A stretch of DNA of 64,000 nt from assembly GCA_013115145.1 (NCBI GenBank), contig JAAPAO010000011.1:1-64000 (forward strand), given 5' to 3'. Position numbers and translations under genes: made by a program. Of the stretch, positions 48,401-58,839 are shown one piece after another. A model generated the notes under the pieces. That model ran no database searches, had not been told where the DNA came from, and saw only the letters and a list, made by a program, of their open reading frames with translations. This stretch comes from Perkinsus chesapeaki ATCC PRA-425. Lineage: Eukaryota > Protista > Perkinsozoa. How positions within the stretch are numbered: position 1 is the first letter of the stretch; each line of letters opens with the position of its first letter.

Positions 48401-50679
48401 TTCACTTACACTCTTTCCCTTTGGTTTGTCGCCGATATGTCACCGTAGCCCACAGTAGTGATTGTGGATGAGACGAAATAGAGGGCAGCAGTAAACTGAC
48501 GGGAATCTGGTGCCGTCCAAAGCACCTCCGATCGGTCTTCTTCTAGGACCTACAGATGATGATGATGATGATGATGATTGCGTGACTATCGACAACTCTG
48601 CCTTACTCTGATCCAACCGCCGACACCCTCTTCCTCATAGTAGCCTTTCATTCCAATATACCACCATAGGCAGGCGCTCCAATGACAAAATATGATTAAC
48701 AAAGATACCAGCTTGCCAATGCCAAGCAACACCGTCCATATCTCGCTTTGGGCTCTCCTCTCCAGCACGCCCATGACTCTATGGCGCAGATACGATAGCC
48801 GATAGACAAGCAAGACGCGAAGCATTCGTATAGCCAATGCCTCATGGGACATATGCGGCTCATACACCCACGGGAAGGCACTGAGCAGATCGAACACCAG
48901 CCATGTTTTAGCGTAGTGCTTCATAGCCTGTCGGGTATTGGTTATTAATGCACCAGCTCGTTGGTAACCAGTAGTAGCGCACACTGCTATATTGAGGCCA
49001 GCGTATACATCTGACACCCATATGAGTGCCAAGAACTCTATTGTGTCCGGTTGGTAGGAGTCGTCATTAAATGCCAAATGATGGGGTAATATTAGCACTT
49101 GCCACACGCCCAGGATGAGGCCTATAGAGTCCCAAGTCATCCTGAGTAGAGGCAGCAGCTTAAGCTTGAGGTAAGGTTAAAGCTTAAGATGCTTACCTGA
49201 ATCTGCCACTGACATCGCTCATGTCCCTCAGGAATGAAAGCAGCCTTGGTGGCATCCAGGAAAATAGCGAACAGCTTTCGATGCCGTCCAAGTCACCGAG
49301 CGTTTTACCTCGACCGTGTTTATGTTGCTTCAGAAACTCCCGCACCTGATAAAACCGAAGGACCACATGAATATTCCACAATGGACCCCAACTGAGCCGA
49401 GGACACCAAAGTCGATCCCTAATATTTCCGCTACACCACAGGTTCTATCAGGCCAGATTCATTCGCTAGTCACTCGTGCATAACTCGAGCTAGACTGCAT
49501 GTCATTTTCGAACGTGACAAACTTTTGCTGCGTTGAAGGCTCCTTCAACTTGAAGGAGTTCCTCTGTATAACACTGTGCAACACAGAGGAGGTTTTTAGT
49601 TGCACGTGTGCTACATGAAAAAGCTAATAACACTTTCACCATAAACGGGTATGGAGTAGCTCACTCACCTTCCTGCGATCCTCTTCGGTCATGCCCTTGG
49701 TCTTTTGGGCAAAATCAAGTACGGATGCCGGCAACGCGGAGGCATTCGATGCGAAGTTCCGAGAGCTCAACGACGTTATCCGCTTGTCGGCTCTTCCCAC
49801 AATATCTCGACGGTACCGTTCAAGCAGTGCCTTGAGGCCTGTCTCGCTCTCCATCCTACACAAACAGTGAACACGAAAGGGATCATCGTTGCCTACTCCT
49901 CGGAGGTTGGTGTAGCTTCCGCCACTGCGCCCCTTCTTCGATTCCCTAAACTACCGATCGACGAGCTATAGCCGGTTCAGCTTGTTACCTGCCAGCTCTC
50001 GTGACTTCACGAACGACCCGCGGGCTCCTTCACGACTGCGAAGCCGATCTAATTGGCTACTGAGCGACTTGCCAGACTCAGAGCCGCTCGGCCGGGCTTC
50101 CGGGGGTGACCCAGCCGTATCTCCGGAGCCTGACTTTTTCACTTCGAGAGGCGGGGAGTTGATTGTAGCGCTGCTCTTCATCGTTAAACGTGGTGAGGTT
50201 GCGCCAATATCGGCATCGGCCGACCGAAAGCGTTCGACAAAGGACATGGCCTTAGTGACTCTGGGCGAATCCGTCGCACCTGCTGTCATGTAAAGCTCGG
50301 CACTCTTCATTTTAGCAGCATATTTCGAGGACGCGAGTGGGCGGGTACGATCTGGTGCTTTATGTCGACGTTTGACTTGACGCTCAGAAGTGGGCGCGCT
50401 GAGGGTACTGCCGTATGGAGACTTCCCCGTAGTCATCAATGCATTTGCTAGTTCTTCCTTAAGGACCTCTCGTAGCTCTCTCCGGAGCTCAGGGACAAGG
50501 GCCTCGAACAGCTCTATCACAATCTGACAAAACAAGTCCAAGAGACCAAAGAGCGTTATTGTTACCTTCTTCACGGACTTGGTCACTTCCTTCGCGACAT
50601 CATCGGACTTCTCGCCTTTGGAATCTAGGTTGATGCTAGAGGTTGGCCCAGAGGTGTCCGCGTGACGGAGGCGTATCAT
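42444..50679 (-). CDS. Large cyclic-nucleotide-regulated K+ channel: 6TM-pore, CNBD, multiple ankyrin repeats, C-terminal extension
   Basis: S1-S5 WDSIGLILGVWQVLILP...HYAKTWLVFDLLSAFP...IIFCHWSACLWWYIG, pore LYFVSSTITTVGYGDIS, CNBD GGYCGEMSLF....ERSAIC, and ankyrins GRNLLHLAAEQGHSDV, GYTALHLATIAGSVTCV and GCSPLYVAANAGKAEIV. The core spans 44148-50679. The join to 42444-44082 is inferred from a frame-preserving intron at 44170-44083. Confidence 0.8.
48555..48578 (+). repeat. (GAT)8 microsatellite in a channel intron
   Basis: Eight consecutive GAT units. Confidence 0.9.
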
Positions 50680-50773
50680 TCTACCTCCTACAGGAATGTC
50701 AACTGAAGGGATCTAGCTTAATGCTTCACCGCGGGCCGCTGGAAATCCGAAAGCATACGGGCGTCTACTTCAT

Positions 50774-50796
50774 ATCGATAATTTCTGGGCGCGCGC
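50774..50796. promoter_or_regulatory. Candidate bidirectional-promoter motif ATCGAT-N7-GGGCGCGCGC
   Basis: It lies between the divergent K+ channel (-, ATG 50679) and L12 (+, ATG 50861) genes. Confidence 0.5.
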
Positions 50797-50860
50797 CGAT
50801 CATCTTGCGCTGAACGTACCACTGCGCAAGCGGCCTTGCGGAAAATCACTTGTGTTTCTT

Positions 50861-51890
50861 ATGGCGAGTCGATGGCTCAGACCTGGCCAGGCGTGTCTAC
50901 GGCGCCGCAAAGGTGTCCGGTGTGCCTCTACACGATCCAGTGTTGATGAGAACGCCTTCAACCTTATGTTCGATTTAAAGGACGAAAAACGGAACCATCT
51001 CCGGGAGATTGTCGACGAAGTGAGGACCACTTCCGATGGCAATGGGGGCGAATGAGTCCTCAGATCATGACGCTTGAGCTCCGGGATGCTAAGGACCTGG
51101 CAGACCTGCTAGAGGCATCTATTGAGAACCCTAGTGAGGCGCTGGTAGCACGGCGCGATTAAGTTGCTTATAGGTTTTTTGGCAACCACTGTGGTGCCCG
51201 GAAGGCGACCCTTTCCGCATCCTATGCACATGTTCTCTGCCCTGGATGCTGCCACGCGGCCGGGGATGTATCAGCCCTATGGCCAGGGCGGAATTTTGCC
51301 CCAAACAACGGCGCCGGTTCAGCATGAGCCGCCGCCTGCCAGCACCCAAGGACCGAGTAGCTCTGTGGTGGGGGTTTTGCCAGTTTTGGTGTCCTCAGAG
51401 GTGCCTCAGGCAGAGTCTGAAGCACCGACTGTGGAGGAGACCAAGAAGGCAGCGGCCAAAGCGGACAGCACCAGTGTGGTTACATTGAAGCTTATCGGTT
51501 ATGAGGACGGGAAAAAGGTCACCGTGGTGAAGGAGGTCAGACGCCCCTGCTCTATAATGTGTACGTAGGCTCTTACTATAGGTCCGGGCGCTACTGGGCC
51601 TGGGGTTGAAGGAATCCAAAGACATGGTTGAGGAACTGCCAAAGGTGAGCTTGATCTGGTGGAAGATTGAGACTCGTGGAACCAGTAGAATGAAACGATG
51701 AAAAGTTAAATTAAGATATTTTATAACTAGGCAAGATAGGTTAAAATAAATAATATGATAAATGGGCATTTTTCGGAGGGTGGACATGGGGCGGCGTTTA
51801 CAGATACTTAAGAAGGGGATGGACAAATCTGAGGCACAAAAGGTGATAGATAAGTTCAAGTCGGCCGGGGCGGAGGTCGTGCTGGCCTGA
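50861..51890 (+). CDS. MRPL12: Organellar (probably mitochondrial) ribosomal protein L7/L12, multi-exon
   Basis: Arg-rich presequence, IMTLELRDAKDLADLLE, and the C-terminal domain VTLKLIGYEDGKKVTVVKEVR|ALLGLGLKESKDMVEELPK|...KSEAQKVIDKFKSAGAEVVLA*. Confidence 0.9.
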
Positions 51891-51944
51891 CATGTCCGCC
51901 TTTACTGAGGGTGCTGGCCTGACATGTCCGCCTTTACTGAGGGT
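51879..51944 (+). repeat. Perfect 32-bp tandem duplication spanning the L12 stop codon
   Basis: GTGCTGGCCTGACATGTCCGCCTTTACTGAGG occurs at 51879-51910 and 51911-51942. Confidence 0.95.
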
Positions 51945-52016
51945 AAAACGTTTCGTGCAAGTCCTATTAGTGCGTAGTTGCCGAGTGGAGCCTCTGTTTC
52001 ACATCAGTTCGCTTGT

Positions 52017-54799
52017 ATGACCTATTTCGCCAACCCAGCCGGGCAACCCCCTCCTCCGCCTGGCTCACCTCCACCCGCCGCGGCCCCACCTCAGCCTGAG
52101 TTTGGATACCATCACCAGCAACGGCACCAGTGGTCACGGGTACAGTGGGCCGCGGCCCAATGGATGTGCTCTACTGCGTGGTCGTTTCAGCCCCAACCGG
52201 CTCTACCGAAAGCAGCGCTGGCCCATCCTTCAGCCGAGGCAACATCGCCGGAGACGTCACCAGTGAGTGTGGCATCGGCACCGAGTCCACATGACAGCGA
52301 TGGTAAAAGGGACGGCTTAGGAAGAGCTAGATCACTGAGGCCTCAGGGAACGTCACTTTCGGAATGCCTCATAAACTTGGGGCCCGGCGAGGTCTGCCAG
52401 CTGGGCGAACTAAGAAGCGGCGTAAGAATCACATCCATTACTATGGATATTTATGGTTAAGGGCGGCGTGCATCCTCATTTCGTGCCGCGCGGTCGGATG
52501 ACGATGGGAGCTCTTCCTCCAGCGCTAGCTCCCCTGAGGAGGGCGGAGAATCACCGAGTCACCCGCGAAGGTCTCAGTCGTTCCACCCTTTGCTTTCGGA
52601 AAAGTGTGACTCGAGGGAATTTAACGAGCATGAGCCGAGGCTCCTCGAGATGGACGGACCATTGTGGTACCACCTGCACCGTGGTTTTTATTTCCCCCAG
52701 TGGTGCTTTCATCAGGCCCTACTGTGGGCGTAGAATTGTCCCAGTTAGCCCGATTATGCATCTCTCGGCTGATGTGGTTTGTAGAGTCTCCAAGGTGATA
52801 GCATCTGAAAGGCGGTACTAGTGGGAAGGGGAGCGTCGTCGGGCCGGGCCGGGCCATTTCACGGACAGGTGCATAGCTCTTGATGTTGTCGGTGTTCCGG
52901 CCCCTCGGTTACCCGAGGGGGATAGTGGTGGCCATCGAATTGTGGTGGACCATCTTGTCATCGCAACCATGCATGGGGTCACTGTTATTGGCCCGCCCAC
53001 CGCCAAGGGAGACCATAAAATGTTAAGGGACATGCTGGCGGCTCAGCTCATAGGCCATCTCAAGGTGCTCGCCAATTCCTCATTGCCCATTGGTCTTATC
53101 ATCCCGCTCAGCTATACCGTAATACGGTCCATGTAGTGATACCGCGGGCCGACACTGTAGACCGGACGTGCCGCTTTCTTGGGCTTAAGCACGGTGCGTG
53201 TCGGTAGTGCATGGTCCGAGCTAGGATATCCTCCGTAGGTGCCTTGACAGGCATGATCAATGTAGTGCAGTGGGTACGTAAGTGGGCCGCGGCCAAGAAG
53301 GCCCACGGTGCAGCCGTCCTAGCGAAGAGCATCGTGGCGGTAGGTGGCCAGATCGGACATGTTGTGGCATGCCGATCCTCAGGGGCTTGAAGCTTCGGGC
53401 GGAGGGGAGCTCTCGGTCGAGACTCTGTGCAACTTCTTCCTTCCGTACAAACCACACTTCACCGGTCCTCCGACGGAGAACGTCGAAAGGCTGCCTAAGC
53501 ATGTTCGTTCGCACGCTATGGCTCACGTAGCATTCTTCACACGGAAGGTGGGTGGAGGAGACGGTCATCGCTGGGCCAGGTGGCGCCTTCTTAGGTGTTC
53601 CTTATGTTCTTCACGCGGGCCACGGATCCTGACGCATCCACTGTTGCTGCCAGAAGTGATGATAGTCGGGAGGAGGAGTGCGTATCCGTTGCCACATCGC
53701 AGCCAGAGCCGGGTGATCCTACCACCACCAGTGGCAAGTCTCCGATGGCCGCTTTGTCCGGGGCTGATGTCCAGGACATGGCTGGTGTGGCCGACGGCAT
53801 TCGCCAGCTGCGACAGGGCAACAGCGGTGCTGTCCAATGCCCCCAAGCTACCTAACTATGAGTTTCTGAGCTCCGCCAGGCTTGGGTTCATGGCCCTTAT
53901 CTTTGGTGTCCCATCAGACCGCGTTGATGCATGCTGGTGCTCCAAGGCGAGGTGCCCTCTCCTCCAGCCCGGCCCCTAAGACTCCGGCACGAACCCTCAG
54001 AGGTGGACTCGCCAGCCACAGGCCGCCGCCCTCGCGTGGGAAGGCTCTACCGGTTCGGGGTGGTATGATGGCTGCAGCTAACGTTACTTCGCTGCGTGGC
54101 CGGCGATCCATTGCGAAGGCTGGCACAGTGGTCCGGGCCACCTGGAAGCCGCTGAGCTCTCGAGGAGGTTTAGCGTCTCCCTCTGCCGCCAGCAGTCGGG
54201 TCTCGAGGAGCCCACTAGCTCGGTATCCTGGCAGCGCCCCTTCCACCACGATTCCTCGCCCGCTTACTGTCACACGAAGGCGAGCAGACCCTCCCATCGA
54301 CCTCACTGGTGACAGCGAGCCTTCTGCTCAGCGAAGCGCAGCAAGGGCTCGGCCATCGTCCCCTCGACCGTGCACTGTTTTGCGTAGCCCACGACCCTAT
54401 CTGTCCCCTCCGGCTGGTCAACCAGTAGTTAGGCTTACCCCAGCGGCGGCGGCAGAGCCTGGAGTGGTGACACCTTCTGTGAAGGTTTCTCCTTCGGAAG
54501 GACCGCCTCCGGCCAGCACTATTCTTAGTGTGAAAGAGAGAATGGAGGTCTTGAAGGCGAGTCTTGAGGCTGCTGCCGAAGCTGGGAAGGCAGCCCCGAC
54601 CGTGACCGAGCACGCGAGTGGCCAGCTTTGTCAGAGGACTCGAGACCCTTCAGCGTCTGAGCAGGTGGGATTTCCAAGCAGTCTCGTGGGGGGGAGTCGG
54701 AGCTGTGTTTTTAGAGAGACCCTGACACTAAGGATTCCCCATCACCGCGACCAGACAGCGCCACGGACAGAGGCGCGGGAGAACGGCTACCGACGCTGA
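52017..54799 (+). CDS. Low-complexity protein with a degenerate DEDDy/EXD-like 3'-5' exonuclease domain (paralogue 1)
   Basis: Pro-rich N-terminus, spliced RVSKVIASERR|CIALDVVGVP...HLVIATMHGVTVIGPPT, then ELSVETLCNFFLPY...VERLPKHVRSHAMAHVAFFTRKV, then a Ser/Pro/Arg-rich tail. Boundaries are tentative. Confidence 0.55.
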
Positions 54800-55109
54800 G
54801 CCCTGAGGAGAGAGCGTCGTTGGCCACGTCAGTGTTGTCCTTCATATCCCACGAATTGAAAGCCGCGGCCCTGTCCAGAATGTATCTGTGCCGATGACTT
54901 TCGGTAATGTACGTATGCCACCGCTGAGCGGTGTTGTAGAATTCATACTGTGCCGAATTACTTGCTTTTTCATTGCTCCACATGGATTGAGTTTCATAAG
55001 CCTCGGGAGGGGGAGGCTGCCGACTGGAGCGCTGTCTTTCCTTACAGTTGACTACTGGTCGGCGACTATCACACCAGGACCATATCCACCACTGCGGCTT
55101 CGACTGTCC

Positions 55110-58100
55110 ATGGCCAATACGTATGATTATTATGCTGGTCAAGGATATGACCAACAACAGCAGCTTCAGGCAGCAGCAGGAGGAGGAGGGCAGCGGTTTC
55201 TTATGTCCTCGTCCTCCTCCACAGACCGTTCGTTGCCGCCTTCTACGGTCCCTATGCCTCTGCCACGATACCCTTCTCAACAGTCTTGGGAGGAGCCCCC
55301 TCGGCATCATCATCATCAGCAGGATTATGCTTCTCGTGGCCCTGAGTCGTGGGGCACCAGCGCCAACTATACCGGTGCCAACAACAACGACCCTCAAGGA
55401 TGGTATCAACGTGGCCGCTATGAGACATCCTACTACCCCTCCGACCGCCTCGGTTACAACTCTAGGCCTATGCAGGCCTCAGCAGTGCCTCATCCGCTAG
55501 CTCCGCCGACGTTTCCAGAGTCGGGTTGGCCGCCGCCTCTCGGCCCTACTGGCACCACCCTACCTGTGGCCAAGCCCCTGCCGCCTGATCGCTCTCGTGG
55601 CTATCAGGATTTGGATGCAGCTCCTGGAGACTCCGGCAAAGGATCGAATAGAAAAGCTTCCGCTGCTGCTGTTGCCGGCGGCTCCCGACCATACGGTTCT
55701 GACGTTCCACAGTCGAAACCACAGCAGCCGGCACAGAGGATCTGTGGGTTGCTGACGATGATAGATGCCTCCAGAGGCTTCATCCACTCCAAGGCCACCG
55801 GCCTGTCGAAAGTGGTCTTCCATATCAGTCAGTGCAGCAGCGTCCAGCAAAAGCAAATGGTAAGCATGATAATTTCACCGAGTGAGCTGTCTGCTGTTTT
55901 AGTTGATCGACCGTTTTAAGCGTAATGCGTCACTCGCCAAAGATATGCCTGTAGCATTCTCCCTGGCGCGGCACCCTAATGGGACCTGTGTGGCCAAGTC
56001 GGTGACCCTGTACTATGTGAAGCCTCCAGCTGGCCAAGAACAACGACCCCAGGTCAGATCTACCGTCATCCTTCTAGATAGCTTACATTCAGGCCACATC
56101 TGCACCGTCGGGTACACCAACGGAAGTCCTTGAACGAGCGCGCAAGGTCCAGGAGGCCGCGGTTGCAGCGGTGGCCTCGGCCAAGGCACTGTATCCGACG
56201 GCTAAGCGTGGTAAGGGCTCTGGGCCGAAGGCCTCGGGGAACCGGAAGAAGAGGAGATCGTCACCTCCACATCCGCCGGCTCCTCGTAGAGGGAAATCGT
56301 CGAGCCCGAAAAAGGGCGGAGGGATTATGGCGTCTCCGCGTGGCTCGGCTCCGGTGAGGAGGTCGTTCCCTCCTGCTACTGCCAAGGTGGGTTCGAAGCT
56401 GATCAAACGCTGACACTTTGGGTGGTTCAGGCAAGCGAGGCGAAGTCCCCGGGTAAAGCTCCGCCCCCTTCGACACAGCATTTGGCACCGAACGATCTGG
56501 CGAACCCGAATGCTCCCATACTCGGGGCACTTGCACAACTGACTGTCCCTCCGGGATTCCCACCACCGCCTCCTCCTCCGTCGGCCATGCCACCGGCAGC
56601 GAGTGCTAAAAGCCCGTCTAAAGCAAAGCAGCAGCCCTCGGCTCCGACATCATCGCCGGTGGTCCGGGATTGGCGATCGAAGGGGGCATCACCGAAGGCT
56701 GAGGGCAATAAGGACTTCTCCTACAAGCAGTCGGCTGAGCATCCCCTGCGGCTGGTGAAGGCTGGAATACCCCCGAAAGTCAAGTCACCAGCAAAGATCC
56801 CTCCGAAGGCGCCACAGGAGCCTCCGAAGGATGCAATTGAGGTCGAGAAACCTCCGGCCACGGACAAGCAGGAGCCCGAGGCCCCGACGCCCTCGAGTAG
56901 GGTGGTGGTGCTGGCCGTCCTGTCAACCGCTTCTATTCTATCATTAGGTGCACCCGTCACTGCAGAGCCGAAGAAGCCGGCAGCACCGACGCTACCAATT
57001 GATAGCAGGACCGAGGCAGAGAAGGAGAAGTCGCCGACCACCGGGGCCAACAGACGATCGATGTCCATTACTTCTGCCGCCGCCTCCAGCGTGTCCCCGA
57101 TATCAGTGGCCACACTCGTCGAGTAGGCCTCACACTATGGCCAGTTTAAAGATCTCGTTTCAGAGACGACCGCAGGGGTGACATCCCCGAAGATGATTTG
57201 GATTTCACTTGCGACAGCGACGGCTTTGCTCGGGGCAATGTAGTCTTTAAAGAAGGATGGTTGCCCATCGACCCGTAGGCCACCGGCTTAGGCAGGCCCC
57301 CCAACGCTCAGCTTCCCCACTGTAGGCCCAACGTTACAGTCACCCTTCTGGGCAGCACGTGCGAAGATGTCTCCAGAGCCATACGGCGCATCTGTGCTGA
57401 GAGATCGTGAGCCTTTCCGCTGCCCGGTGAAGCAGCCAATACGCTTGTCAGTTGCGTATCTCTGGAGGTTGTGGACGTCCCCATCGAGCGTGGGTATTCC
57501 ACGAGAAGCTCCGTGCTGGCCATTGGAACGCGTCACGGCGTCACAGTTCTTGGCTGCGATGGTCCGACCACTGGGAGGGCTTCAAAGAGCGACAATGAGG
57601 AATGGACGGTGGCCAGGACTGTCTTGGCAAACCACCTCTTTGGCCGGGCCTCTGTACCTCACCGTCGAGCTGCCTCGAGGACGCATTCCGCTTCAGAGTC
57701 GATCCTCCACGGTCCCGCTGGTCGTCGGCACCTCAAATGGCGCATCTCGACTTTGCCGTTTTCTCGGAATGCACGACCTCTCCAGAGAGGAGACACTTCA
57801 GTGTGTCGATATTGTGGATGCCATAAAGAAGATGTTGGCACAGTCGGAGAAGGGCGGTGGCCAAGGTCTGCCACCTCATGCAGATGTGCTGATCAAGGAC
57901 ATTCGTATGGTAGGCATTCCGCAGCAGCGGACTCCGGCCTGTGGACGACTTGCCCCTATTAGTTCCACGATGCTCGATCGCTTCCTATCACCTTATCGAG
58001 TCTGTGCAATTTCTTCCACCGGCCCCACCGAGTACTGCTAGGATCCACCAGGCACTCCAACCGCGCCTTCGACCTCGGCCATGTAGCCTTCTATACCAGA

Positions 58101-58626
58101 CGAGTACAACTGTGGGGAACCACTTCAATCAGGAGGCCTTCGTTGGTTAGGTCTTCCAGCAGTTTAACAAGCTCTTCACGGGCAAGCCGACAGAGGCACG
58201 AAAGAGGAAGCGTCCAGCAGCATCAGCAGCCGCGCCAGCCGCCGACCCCAGGGTACTTTTCCGTCCGCTTCCTCTGGGGGTTGGTAGGGCCTCCTCCTCC
58301 TCCTCGCCGCTGCCCTGCTGTTCTTCTTGTTTGCCAGTTAGAGGAGGCTGCAGTGGTCAGGTCACGGGCTTTGTTGGCAGGTTCAGAGCAAGCAGGCTGG
58401 CGCTAAGCAACCTATCAACGGTAGCGCGATGCCTAAGACTACCGGGGGAGTGGCAACAATCGATGGTGAGGTAGGGCGATCAAGTAAGGTTAGACGCACT
58501 GAGGGCAAGGGGACGGGGCACAACGGAGCCGGTGGTCTCTGCGAGGCTGACAGGAGGCTCGTTAGAGATGCCGTACTGAGTTTTATACAAAGGGAGCTGC
58601 AGGCGAGCAAGGACCGTTGGACCTGA
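55110..58626 (+). CDS. Low-complexity protein with a cold-shock-like OB domain and a degenerate EXD-like exonuclease domain (paralogue 2)
   Basis: Q/G/Y/P-rich N-terminus, CSD-like ICGLLTMIDASRGFIHSKATGLSKVVFHISQ...LAKDMPVAFSLARHPNGTCVAKSV, then RAIRRICAERS|CVSLEVVDVP...VLAIGTRHGVTVLG and LGHVAFYTRRV. There is an apparent frame discontinuity near 58030-58070. Confidence 0.55.
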
Positions 58627-58839
58627 GCTCGCTTGCGCCGCCCCGAATCACTAGTAATATTAAAAAGGTCTTCTAATCTGGTGGGATTATGGTGGCTGCC
58701 GACAACTCTGTCGTGGCCATTATTGTTTATATCATTTGAACGTATACGTACTGTTCCACAAGGATCAGTTCCAACACTATCGCACTGTTGCGTTTGAGTA
58801 TCCCACACGTGGGAGACGTGCTCCTCGTCAGTCACCACT

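Noticed and set aside
51978-58700. Initially suspected LTR/DIRS retrotransposon (GC-rich, overlapping long ORFs)
   Set aside because: No gag zinc knuckle, RT YxDD, RNase H, integrase or terminal repeats were seen. Conserved spliceosomal introns favour cellular genes, and the antisense ORFs are explained by GC-rich low-complexity coding.
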